Assembly: GCF_000143415.4 (NCBI RefSeq)
Contig: NW_003314290.1
Span: 62,001 to 126,000, forward strand
Length of the DNA: 64,000 bases
Origin: Selaginella moellendorffii
Lineage: Eukaryota; Plantae; Lycopodiophyta
Reading direction: 5' to 3'
The notes under the pieces are model-generated. The model made no database searches, was not told the DNA's origin, and saw nothing but the letters and a program-made list of their open reading frames with translations. Of the stretch, positions 36,990 to 49,373 are shown one piece after another. Made by a program: the position numbers and the translations under genes. How positions within the stretch are numbered: position 1 is the stretch's first letter; every line of letters begins with the position of its first letter.

Positions 36990-39900
36990 CTACACAGCCG
37001 ACAATGGCGAGGTGAGGTCCGACGATGCCACCTCCGCGCCGCCGCCGCCGCCGCCGCCGCCCCGGCATCCCTCGAGCATGAACACCACCTCGGTCATGGA
37101 GGGCCGGTCGCTGGGATCCGGCGCCGTGCACAGCAGCGCCACCTTCACCGCCAGCAAAAACTCCTCCCACTCGGACGACTCCTGGTCGAAGAGCTCCAGC
37201 AGTCCCGGATCAAACATCTCCGCCGCCTGCCTCCCTTGCAGCTGCCGCTTCACCCACTTGACAATGTCCTCCTCGGCCGAGAACGTCGCGGGCTTCCGCC
37301 CCGTCAGGAGCTCCAGCAGCAGGATCCCAAACCCGTAAACGTCCGACTCTTTGCTGGCCACCCCCGTCGCGCCAGCCTCGGGCGAGACGTAGCCCAGGGA
37401 TCCCCCGGCCGGCGTGGAGGACGAGGACGTCGAAGGGTCCGCCGGGGGCGTCACCGCCAGCCTCTCGACGCCAAAGTCGGATATGTGGGGCTCGAAGTCG
37501 GCGTCGAACTGGACGTTGTGAGGCCGGACGTCGCCGTGCACCACTGGCGGGTCGCACGAGTGGTGGAGGAACTGGAGGCCGCGCGCGATGTTGAGAGCGA
37601 TCAGGTGCCGCATCCGCCAGTCGAGAATGCTCCCGTCCTGGCTGCTGGCCTGCTGCAGCAGCACCGCCAGGTTCCCGTTGGGCATGTAGTCGTAGATGAG
37701 CAGCTTCACGTCGGCGCTGTAGTAGTAGCCGCGAAGAACGAGCAGGTTCTTGTGCTTGAGGCTCCCCAGCCGCTCCGCCTCGCCCCGGAACTGCGGCTCG
37801 TCGATGGAGCCGTCCGGGAGGCGCTTCACCGAGAGGACGCTGCCGTCTTCCAGGCAGGCCTTGAAGACAATGCCGAATCTCGTCCTGCTCAGGACGCTGT
37901 CCTCGTCGAACTGTCGCGTCGCCTCGACAACTTTGGCGTAGGGAATCGGGTCGTGGAACATGACAAGGTTCCCGGTAGGCGTCCCTGTTCCTGGGTCTGC
38001 TTTTCTCTCGTCCTTGTCTCTGTGTTTTCTCAGTAGCAGTATGTAAAGCAGGAAACAAGCGCCTGCCACCAAGACCGTGCCAACCACGACGGCGCCCAGC
38101 ACTGTCGCGATCAAAACTTTCCCACTGAGTTTCTTTCTTGTCGATCGCGAGCACTGCACCACTAGAGGTCTTCCACACAGACGTGCATTGCCTTGAAAGG
38201 AGCTGGCTCCAAACTTCTTGCTTAACGCTGGAGGAATCTCGCCCTGGAGATGGTTGTATGATACGTTCAGCGACCTTAGATTTTCAAGGTTGGCGAGGAA
38301 CGATGGAACTGGTCCTGTAAGACTGTTGACGGAGACGTCGAGCGCTTGTAGATTTACCAGAGCACTGAAACTTGCCGGTATACCGCCAGTAAGATGGTTG
38401 TTTTCTAGACGGATCTGCTGCATCTGTTCTAAACCACCGAGTAGAACCGGAATAGTTCCCGATAGCCTGTTGTTTCCAATATGCAAATACGTCAAATTCT
38501 TGCAGCCGATTAACGTTTCTGGTATCTCTCCTGAGAGCTTGTTGTCCCGCAGTTGCAATCTTTGAAGCTTAGAAAGATATCCTATCTCAGGTGGGAGGGG
38601 CCCGTCAAGCCTGTTATAACTCGCTTCCAAGACCGCCAAGTTGCTGCAGTTGCCGATTTCGGGCGGTATACTTTTTTCCAGAGAGTTGTGCGAGAGTGAC
38701 AAACTTTGTAGCTCTTGCAGCCTGCCGATGGTGAGTGGCACATTTCCCGAGAGACTGTTGTAAGAAAGTGACAGACGCTGCAAACCGAGATTAAAAGTCA
38801 GATGGAATACTTCGCGTCAGTATGACTTCCAGTACCTTCAGCGACAAAATGTTGAGAAGAGAGCTTGGAATTTCACCGGAAAGATTATTCCCTCTCAGAT
38901 TTAGTATCTGAAGCCCTGTCAAAGAGTTCCACGAGTCCGGTAACTTTCCAGAAAGTTTGTTGCCTTGCAGTCTAAGAATTTGCAGCTTTCGGCAGTTTAA
39001 CAGCTCCGATGGAATACTTCCACTGATATTGTTGAAAGAGAGCGTAAGATTGGCCAGCTGACTCAGCGAACCCAGTTCTGTGGGAATTTCACCGTTGAGA
39101 GCATTAACCCGTACATCCAGAACCTGAAGGGTAGTACACCCTGCTATTTGAGGAGGAATGTTACCGGTCAAAGCGTTTCCAGACAAGTTCAGCACCTGGA
39201 GCTGTTTGAGCGCGCCGACGGACGCAGGAATAGGACCCCCAAGCGCGTTGTCTTGCAAAAACAGCTGGGATAATACCGAAAAGTTGCCAAGTGCAGGCGA
39301 GATGCCTCCGATCAGCATGTTGGTACTCAGGAACAGTCTCTCGAGCAAACGAAGCTGGTACAGAGGATCTGGTATAGCCCCAGACAGCAAATTGTGCTCC
39401 AGATCCAGACTCACTAGCTGAGAGCAGTTTCCGAGCGAGGATGGAATCATTCCTGTCAGCTCGTTCCCACCCAGAGCAAGCTTGCGCAGCAGACCAAGCT
39501 CCCCGAGAGATGGTGGTATGGAACCTGTAAGCCTGTTCTTGGAGAGGTTGATATACAACAGCCTGGAACAGTTGGATACCTCTGACGGAATGCCAGCTGA
39601 AAGAAAGTTGATGGACAGATCGAGCGTCTTCAATGATGTGAGTTTCCCGAGTTCGCGAGGAATGCCTCCGGTTAGCCTGTTGTTGGCGAGATTGAGAACC
39701 TGGAGTTTTTGCAGCGCAGCCAAACTCGCTGGGATTTGGCCATCAAAGGCATTGTTGTGGAGATAAATGACCCGGAGATTGGAAGCAGCGGATAGAGAAT
39801 CTGGAATAGACCCATTAAAGGCGTTGGAATGAAGGCTCAACGTATCCAAGGATCCCAGCCTCCCCAAGTCTGTGCATAGGCAACAAGTGAAAGCACTCAT

Positions 39901-40267
39901 CACTCAAAAGAATTTGGGAAAACAGAGTAAGAGACCACATACCGGCGATCGATCCTTGGAGATACATGCGTGGAAGATGGAGCTCCCAGACTCTCCCGGC
40001 GAAGCAACTCACCCCTCGCCATCGACATGGAGCGCCGGCATTCGATGGATTCCAGCTGCTGAGCCTGTCACCTGGATCAATCAAGCCCGCCTTGAAATCC
40101 AGCAATGCCGAAAGATCGCTGTCAAGGCCCCCATCGCTACTCTGTGCCGCCACGATATCGATTCCAAGAAAGAGAGGCGCCGCCGCCAGGAGCAAAAAGA
40201 ATGCTGGAGCGACGCCATCGAGCCAGTCGATCAAAGAATCACCGGGAAGAGCCCTGGAGCCCCGCAT
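36990..40267 (-). CDS. LRR receptor-like kinase, MUSTACHES/At4g36180-like (3 exons)
   Basis: Signal peptide, LRRNT (LSSWN..CRWRGVSC), many plant LxxLxLxxNxLxGxIP repeats and a TM segment. Kinase region: LVMFHDPI..VEATRQFDEDSVLSRTRFGIVFKA, HGDVRPHN, DFG. Start codon uncertain. Confidence 0.92.
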
Positions 40268-41713
40268 CACCGCATAATCCCGTGCCCGACCGCTGCTAGA
40301 ATCGAAATCCACGCCCGATCACCAATGCCGGCTGGCAAGAACTGCCGATCGATCGGCAAGAACAACGCAGGGGCTGGTCAGGATCATAGAATGTCACATT
40401 TTGGAGCAAGGATCGCGTCCATACCTGGAGGAAATCTCCGTGCCGGCGATCGACATGCAGATTCCACCGCGCCTCCTCATGGCGATAGCGCGCGCCGCTA
40501 GCGTCTCGATCGACGCAAAACCCCTCGCGAATGGATTCAAGCTTCATCCTTCCTCCATTCCACACTTTCTTGAAATATTTCTTCTCTCTCTCTTTCGCCT
40601 TGAGGGCGTTCATCACGTCATTCTAGGAGGCCGGGCCGTGACTACGTGGCGGCCCCATGACCGTGCGATCGCACGGACAGGATGGCAGCCGGCGGTGACG
40701 GCCATGATGGCCTGGAGCTCGGACGGAGGCGATCCAAGACCGTTTATCAATGCCAGTGAAATGTAAATGAACTATGTTGTGTGATTTAATGCATGACCAT
40801 TTTCCTATCAATATAACGTTTCTTTAACATCTGGGGAGATTGGCTGGCATGGGATGTATTACCAAGCGTATATCACGCGTATGAGCCCTGTAGCGACTGG
40901 AACTGGACGTCTCTTTCCCGGCGTATAGAACATCACAACACATGAAAGAGCAAAGCTCTTTACATACCTACACGACGATTTTTTATTTTCCAACATCAAC
41001 ATCAATACGACTAATATCAAACCTTGCAATGGTTTCCAAATTTTTCCCAAGCACACACAATCCACCCAACCATAAAGTACTGACACACAGATTTATACCC
41101 GTTGCTATACGTATAGCATGTGAGTTCCCCCTCGTTTTTACCAAAGCTTCACTTTTTACCGTTCCCGCCACGTCAGCGTATGGACGAGTCGACATCCCGG
41201 GCTATGGTGGTCGAGGGTGCCTCACAGGCACAGTGAAAACGAGCCCTCGAGTTTTAAAACCTTTAGACGAAAAAAAAGGTTAAAGGACGTAGAGGGCGGT
41301 GGTGAAGCCAGGAATCTCTCGAGCAGTGATAGAGATGAAACTTTTTTCTTAAATTCGCGTCGCTAGCGCTCGAGCAATGCTGGTGGGTCGATCGTCCTTC
41401 CTGTAACGCAGTGCGAATAGCGTGACACAAAACAAACTAGGACGGAGTCTTACCTCGCAGAAAGTTTGCTTTTGTAGCCCGACGAAAAAGCCGTGGTCCC
41501 TCTGGAGAACCACCATGAAAGTGTGTAGAAATCCTGTCTGGAGCACACGTATTTTTGTCTGATTAGTTGCGTATCATCGCTCCAGGGAGTTGCAACGAAT
41601 GGATGACGCCATGAATCCTGTGTGCTGGAAGATCCAGAGAACTCAAATCTGTCAAGAGATGGAAAGAGAATACGCTCACTCGGACTTTTTTATTGCTTGT
41701 TAACCGGAAGAAG

Positions 41714-42510
41714 TCATTCCCTCTGTTCGATATACGAGCCACTAAGTCCTGAAGTACCAAGCAAGCCAACCTGCGAAACACAAAGTTCCATATCTCAACG
41801 TAAGAAACCAATGAAGAAAACACGAACTTACATCTCCCCACTTCGGTGGAAGCCCGGAGACTCTTTGTTTGAGGAGGACGAGCGTACTTCCCAGCTCCAG
41901 CTCCACTTTCTTCTTCAAGGAATGCTCGTGTTCTCCAAAGGACGACAGGTACTTCACGTACTTGGAGTGTACCGCTTCCAAAGCACGCTGGTGTTGGTCA
42001 GGAAGAGGTCCAGTGTTCTTCACAGAGTACCAAAAACCAAAGTCATGCCCAAGAACTCCCTCCCAGAAACAATGAAACGTACCTCTCCAGACAATCCCAT
42101 TAAATCGTCGATAGACTTCCTCAGCGCGTCCAGAGTGCCGTAAAACGTCTCCACCGCACGGGCGGACGACCACGTATCTTTGAGAATGGTGTGATCGGCG
42201 GTACCCTCGCCGGTGCTCAAAGTCCCCTCGACAATGTTGGCCGTCTTCTCATCGATATCGTACCAGTTGATCGCGTAGAGCTGCTTCAATGCCTTTTTTA
42301 TGGCCGGATCCGAGCACTCTGGGATCGTCCCCGCCGTGGCAAAGCCGCGCCTCCACAGATTACTCGCAGCTACTGCGGCATTTCCAACATAAATTTCGGG
42401 GCGCCATTTGAATTCCAGAAAACTCTAGTACCTGATGATCCTTGGCGATTCCGGGAGCTGGGAGAAGCAAACGCGCGCCAGTGACGCAATGCGCTAAGTG
42501 ACGATGCCAT
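41714..42510 (-). CDS. SDH5: Plant-specific succinate dehydrogenase subunit 5, mitochondrial
   Basis: SDPAIKKALKQLYAINW..ARAVETFYGTL..IDDLMGLSGE|..YLSSFGEHEHSLKKKVELELG..WGD|VGLLGTSGLSGSYIEQRE*, the SDH5-type C-terminus. Confidence 0.88.
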
Positions 42511-42652
42511 GAGAGTGGAAAAAGCCCTAATTGTGCAAGAACCCTAATTTTGCTGTTTATTGACGTCGTCTGATCGAATCTCGCGACGAGCAGTGTCTAC
42601 GTGGACCTTTGTGTGCCTTAAACTAATTTCCCTCCTACAGTTCTTGTTCGCG
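42511..42652. promoter_or_regulatory. 142-bp head-to-head intergenic region (SDH5 / cyclase) with telo-box-like motifs
   Basis: ATGs at 42510 (-) and 42653 (+). AAAGCCCTAAT and AACCCTAATTT at ~42521-42550, ACGTGG at ~42599. Confidence 0.5.
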
Positions 42653-43735
42653 ATGGAGCTTTGCGCGATCGTTCTAACCCTTGTTCTTGTTCTTGGGGCC
42701 GAATCGATCGCCCAGAGCGAGCAATGGTGCACCAGCGGCAGTGGCGCGACGAACGCGAGGATCATCGATATTACGCATTCATTTAGGGAAGGGCTGCCGG
42801 TTTGGGAATCCTTCCACAGGGGGCTGGGGAAGCTCGTCCATCAGGTGGAGAGCATTGCCAATGGATCCATAGCCAATGGTTCCGAGCTTAAGAAGATGGG
42901 CGTGCACACAGGGACGCACGTCGATTCGCCCAGCCACTTCTTGGAGGATGCCTTCCTTGCTGGGGTGGACACGAGCAATGGTTTGGATCTCGGCATTCTC
43001 AATGGTTAAGTGTGGATCGATCGAGCTCTCCTATAGTTCTAGCTTTCGCTGATGGATTTTTTTTTTCTTTCTTTTTTTTTGTTCTTTCTCCCAGGGCCAG
43101 TGCTCGTTGTGGAAGCTCCCAGAGAAACAAATATATCAGGTCTGGCTTTGCAACTTTCAAGTTCCATGTTTTACTTTGTTTGATTCTTTTCACGTATAAA
43201 CCAGGGAGTGTGATCAAGGAGATAGTTCCTCAAGGTGTAAAGCGTGTTCTCTTTAGAACTTTAAACACGGACAGGTGAAAATCTCTCAAGTTTCAGGCGA
43301 TTGCTAACTTGTTTCATACAGGCGGCTCATGTGGAAACCAGAGTTTGTGACTGACTACACGGCGATCACAGGAGAAGGGGCCGAGTATATAGCCGAGAAA
43401 ACTCAAATCAAACTAGTTGGTAATGTTTCATTCCAAGTTTTGCTCCAGGGATCCTTAAAACAAGTTTCGTTAGGAGTGGATTACTTGTCCGCTGCAGTTT
43501 ATGAAGCTCTAGCGAGAAGTCACAAGGCTCTTCTAAGGAAGGTCAGGAACAATGGGCTTTTATTTTCTTATTTTGGATATCTTCGAGTAAGTCGTGATTT
43601 AATGAACAGGGAGTGATCCTTGTGGAAGGACTCAACCTTGACAATGTGGACACTGGAATGTACACGTTACACTGCCTCCCTCTTCGGCTGGTTGGCTCAG
43701 ACGGATCTCCAACACGCTGCATCTTAACCGATTAG
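42653..43735 (+). CDS. Cyclase-like / kynurenine formamidase family protein, secreted (multi-exon)
   Basis: Signal peptide, [17 protein letters not shown] metal motif, [15 protein letters not shown]|[35 protein letters not shown]. Confidence 0.92.
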
Positions 43736-46700
43736 CTCCAAACTTGGTCAGTGTTTGCTCTTTGTACACTTGCTCGATATATATATATATGAGTTTGAGT
43801 TGGCATTTTTTTTTTTGTGAATATTGGTAAAGGTGTAATTAGAATTCTTTATCAAATGACTTCACTGTATGTATTGTGCATACAGCTCTTTTATAGCACT
43901 CATTTTTTTATTGTATTAGGTTTAGTACTCATATTTTTCTTACAAAGTTATTAAAGATATTTTAGTAGGCTTAATGAGGTCCAAGTGACTATTGTTATAT
44001 GTTAATATTAGTGTAATGGGATTTTGGTAATTGCCAAATTAGTTTCAATTTGGACCATTCGTATTCACTTTCCATATTCCATGCACTTATATACTTTAAT
44101 TGTCTTTAAGGAGTGTTTGGATTTGAGATTTTGGTTTAAATCTTCGTCTAGATCTAACTTTTTCCATTTCCTTTCTTTTATTTTTTCCATTCAAAATTTT
44201 GGTTTAAATATAGCTTTTTGTATTGTCTAGATTTCCCTTTCCTTCTATTTTTTTTTTCATTTTTTTCTTTTATTCTTTCCTTTTCATTCATGTTCATGGC
44301 AGAGTAGTAGTCTCCTCCTCTTTTAACTCTGGAACAACAATTGATGCAATTGCTCAATGCTATACAATTGTAATTGAACAACCAAATTCAATTGATGGCA
44401 ACATTCAAGGCACGTGGTACAGTTCCTCCTACTCTTAGTGCTAATCCTTACGTTCAACCAGAGTTCTTTCGTGGGAATCCTAGGGATGATGTGTACCATT
44501 AGTTTGATCACTTCATGATGATTGCCACATATCATTCTTGGGATGATGTTTGACATTTGCATGAGTTTCCCACATGTTTCCAAGGGATGGCATTGCAGTG
44601 GTACAATGGTTTGAGCATAGCCACCCATGAAGATTGGAATCTTTTCCCAAATATCTTCAAACACACATTTGGATATGCTAACCATTATGATGATACTTTT
44701 CAACAATTATATCATTTTTGTCAAATGCCATTTGAGTCGGTAATGCAATTTGGTGTTCATTTCCGAAGCCTCTTGCTTTGTGCGGAGCCAAATATGTCAA
44801 AGTGGATCAAGCTAGAAATGTTGTGGCTAGTACTTTATTAAAATCTTGTAGGACTTATACATGCACTTGCTTGAGCCACCCTTAACAATGTCCTTCGCTT
44901 GGTACAACGTTATGAGATGTCACTTTTTCCACTTCTCACTGCACATCTTTCAGTTCTACTTCATGTGGGAGATGATCTTGTTTTAATGAAGGTTGATGTT
45001 GTTATTGCTTGAGTTCAAGGAGAAAGGCGAGGATATGGTCGTGGTCATGATATTTGCTGCTAGGTGTGTGATGAAGTTAGTCACACTTATTGGTGCTGTT
45101 AGTATTTTCCGGATTGGCAACCTCCATTCCTAGGTGGAGACTTTAGTGTCAACAATGTCCTATTGGTGCTGTTGTAGTGGAAAGTTTGGACACCAAGACA
45201 TGGTTTTTCCATGTTGGCATGTCAACTCTACCTTTGTCAATATCATTTGGTTGCGTTTAGTTTGTAGTGTTGGATTTCATTAAATTTTGGACATGGTGAA
45301 TCACTCGTTGATGAAGTGTTATCTGTAATTGAGTTTTGCTAAAGGATTGATCTTGGATATTGATTAAAGTATCTTTGACTTTGATTAGCTTACTTACTAA
45401 AGAGTTTTGAGTGATGATTCATTCGTGCTTTCTTCTAGCTTTGTTATGGTGTTGATGGCATTGAAGTGATGCCTTATTGTTGACATTGTTGATGTTGAGA
45501 GTTGAGTGAAATGAGATGTCTTTTTGAAAGATTGATGTCGAGTTTCATTAATCTCAATGAAAATAGTGTTGATGATTTGGCTATGGTTTAGTGTTATTGG
45601 CATTTGTGCATTTGCTAGTTAGCAACTATGTTAGCGATCAAATGAGCTAAGTGGTAAGTTGAGTTAGTCATATTCTAGACGAGATTATTTAGTAGGGGTT
45701 GAGCTTTGGCTTTTCCTTGTAAAGTGATTTAGTCATGGACTATACTAACTTTATAAGAGGAAGAGTTAGTGATTGATATTAAAGTGATTGAATCCTTGTT
45801 GGATTTGAATTGGGATATCTCGATCATTATTAATTTTTCTTGTGCTTATTATTTAGTGAGTTACGTCTTGCTAAAATATGGATTCATGGAGGATGGTTTA
45901 GTGATCACTTGTTGAGCATAACTTCGTTATGCATAACTTTTGGATTGATGTAGGTATGCTCTTCATTAGCTTTGGCATTATGAAGTTTAGCTTATGGATG
46001 TGTTGAGAAGGATGTTGTGGGTTATACCATGATTTCTTCTTTAGCATTGAAATTAGTTCATGCAAGATTTGTGATCATTATTAGGCAAGACTTAGCTATA
46101 GGCTTCTTCAAGCTTTTAGTTCCTTAAGTTTTCATGCTTGTGGTCCATTTGTTAGAAGTTGTTGGGGAAGGCATTTTTGCTCATTAACTTCGATGTTGAA
46201 GTTGGCTTTGTGTTTGGCAATCATTAGTGATGATTGACTATCATCTAGGATAGTTGATTATCCTTGTCAAAAGGTTTTGCTTAATTGTTGTTGATATGGA
46301 ATGAGTTGCCGTTCTTTGGGATGGTGAATTCCTCTTTGACAATAATTATGCATCTCTTCATTGATGGGATGATTCATGATTTTTCATGATGGTTAGTTAT
46401 TCTCTTTGATAGCTTATAACTTTTTGCAATACCACATGTTATTTGTGGTTTGCTCTAGATTGGTCTTTTGGGTTTGAGACATTAGTAGGATGTTACTGAC
46501 ACTTGCTTAGGCAACTTGAGTTCTTTGGTGTTGTTGGCTGAGATCTATTCGAATTGGCTAGTGTGATAGTTGTCATAAATAGGTGTTTGTTGGTCTTACC
46601 GCATCCATTCTGTTCTATTGATTATTGTTCGGGTTAGTTCTGATAGATTGGGATGTTATTTCCTTCGGGTAATACATTCGCAAGTAATGTGCTTGTTAGT

Positions 46701-46974
46701 CGATAATATTTTGGTTCTTTGAGTTATCTTTAGTAAGTTGTTTGGCATATTGTCTCCTATCTTCGATAGTTAAGTTTCATCATTGAGTTTCCGTGATGAT
46801 ATATTTGCTATTGAATTTTGTTGGATGGTCAATCCTATGTTTCCGAAAATGATGATTTTGGTGGTTTCTATACTATACTACTAGTTTATCAGATGATAAC
46901 TTACTTGGAATACTTTTTTGTTCTCATCTAAGATTTATTCACTGATAATTAAGTTTCTAAGATATCATTGTCTA

Positions 46975-47136
46975 TGTAGTGCACTTTATTTCTCTCCCCT
47001 TAAGCCAATTGGAAAAGGGGCAATTGCTTAATGAGAGAGCCCTTAGTGGCTATTTTATCCCCATTTATCCCTCAAGGTTTCAAGGATCCACAGTGATAGT
47101 ATATCCAAATCTCATCCCATGATCACATGTGCTACA
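46975..47136 (-). mobile_element. 162-bp mini-LTR (TRIM-like) with adjacent PPT
   Basis: Bounded TGTAG...CTACA and followed by CTCACCCCCCCTTC (a PPT on the minus strand). An inverted second copy lies at 48586-48733. Confidence 0.7.
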
Positions 47137-48585
47137 CTCACCCCCCCTTCAAAGATGTAAATATCCTCATTAACTATTGACTAACAACCCTTACTGAGCC
47201 AAGGGGAACCAACACCTCCATTTCCACACTCAATCTACCAATCCTTCCATTGTGTAGACTAGTTATTCCATGTGAGGCAACTAGTCATCCACCTGTACCG
47301 TAGTCCCACAGTGAATACCTTTGTCCATGGATACTCCACACAAGAGGAAGGACGTACATATGGATGTCCAATATGTATGATTTCAAATTTAGGGGTAAGA
47401 ATATATCTTGCTCAAGGGTATATTATATTTTTAAGTAGCCACTAATTAATGGGAATCGAACCTGTGCCATTTGCTTCAATACCAACTATACTCCCAAGTA
47501 TGGAGCCAAGGAGTGACGGAACCGGTCCACGAAGCAACTCTTGAAGATACAGCCCAAGGAGCGAAGGGACAAGAGCCGGAGCGACTTGGAACAGTCCTGG
47601 AGCAACAAGCATCCCAATGCCAGAACTAGCACGCAAAATGGAGCTAAACGGAGTTTGGCACTATTTCGGCATACCGGTGGCCTAACGCGAGGACATGGGT
47701 ACTCCACTAGCTAGCATGGAATGGAACTTGGGCTTAGACCCAAGCCGGACGCAGAACAAGGACAGGCACGTAAGCGGAAGCTAGATTATGCCTCAGGTTG
47801 GTCGGCCATGCCCGACCTACCCACTATCCCTACTATCCCTAGGAATTCCTTCCTTATGCTCATCTTGCCAAGTATAGATGCAAAATCCAGTTTACTAACA
47901 CTTGAACAAAAGGGGTTGATAAAAGGTCCAGCAATACCAACCTCCTGCCATCATGGCAGTAAGGTAATAGTGTCTGTAAGGACTAGCCGACATGTAACTT
48001 TCGATATCCGAAGTCACATTTGCAACACTCTCCCCCCCTAGGGAAGATCGACGTCCTCGTCGATGCATACTCGAGTCTAGAATACCACCAAGAAGACAAC
48101 TCCAAAAAAAGTTCATGGTACTCACACTATGTGAGAAATGCACCAACGTTAAGGGTAACTTTTTTGTCTAACGCGGATGCATTACCAGCTCAGAGACCTT
48201 CCGGCCGTCGTCGACAAGGAAATGACCAACTGAATCAACCACCCTTATTGTTCTAAGAGTCACCCAGCTTACAAAAGTGTGATACGCCTTTGCCTGCAGG
48301 GACATAGAGAGAGAAGCCAGAGGCCCCAACCCTCCTAAGCAAAGAAACCAAACCTGTCAGTAAGGTTTAGATAGACTACTGTAAACAGGCAGTTAGAGTT
48401 GTTTACACGGTTACACCCTTTTAACAGAATAAGGAACATCCACAAAGAGGTGGGTGATGTGACTAGTCGACAGTAGCTACCCCATGACTAAAGATTTCAC
48501 CATACACACGAAGTGCCGAAACCAGTCTGCCTATATTGGCCCAAATTCAAAGATCAATAGATGGACAATATCAAAGTCATAAACT

Positions 48586-48733
48586 GTAGTGCATGTGATC
48601 ATGGGATGAAATTTAGATATACTATCATCGTGGATCCTTAGAACTTTGGGGGATAAATGGGGATAAAATAGCCACTAAGGGCTAAACAATTGCCCTTTTT
48701 CCAATTGGCTTAAGGGGAGAGAGATAAGATGTG
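48586..48733 (+). repeat. Inverted copy of the 46975-47136 mini-LTR
   Basis: TGTAGTGCATGTGATCATGGGATG...GGATAAATGGGGATAAAATAGCCACTAAGGGC...GGCTTAAGGGGAGA is the reverse complement of 46985-47136. Confidence 0.85.
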
Positions 48734-49373
48734 TTTTGGCACTATTCCTTTGTTCAATGGCCCAAGGCCCTGAACCTTGGGTTCTACACCACTGTCCTAT
48801 GGACATGTGGTATATGACATGTGGCATAAAAAAGGGTTTAGGTTCCACTTCGTGGTGTTATCTTATGGTAAACCACCATAAGATAAAGGGTAAAAACCAC
48901 ATGTGCTACAACTTTTGTGTTCTTATTACTTCCTCTTATATTTCCATCTTATTCTACTCTTCTTTTTTCCAATCCCTCTGATGGTTTTTGTGTTATAATA
49001 GTTGATTGGCTTATGAAGGAGTATGTCAATCTTTTTGAATTTGACCTATTGTATGAGGCTAAGATTGCCATGCTTCATCTGATTCTAACTGGGGATGCTT
49101 GTCCAATCAAGGTTCTTATTTGTCATTGGTCACTCAAAGAAATAAATATTTTACATGTAAATATTAAAGAGATCTTGGAAAAGGGTGTTATTCAAAAGTT
49201 GCAGAGTTCTTGGGCATGTGAACTTTATCTTACGACAAAGTTTGATGGGAGTATTCATTTTTGCAGCGACTATCGTCCATTAAACGAAGTGATGATCTTG
49301 GATGTGTACTCTATTCCTCATACTATTAATCTCTTGGATCGTTTGGTGAGAATTTGTTGGTTCACTAAACTAA

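Noticed and set aside
36948-38178. Long alternative-frame and antisense ORFs (362 aa, 322 aa)
   Set aside because: By-products of high GC in the RLK kinase region.
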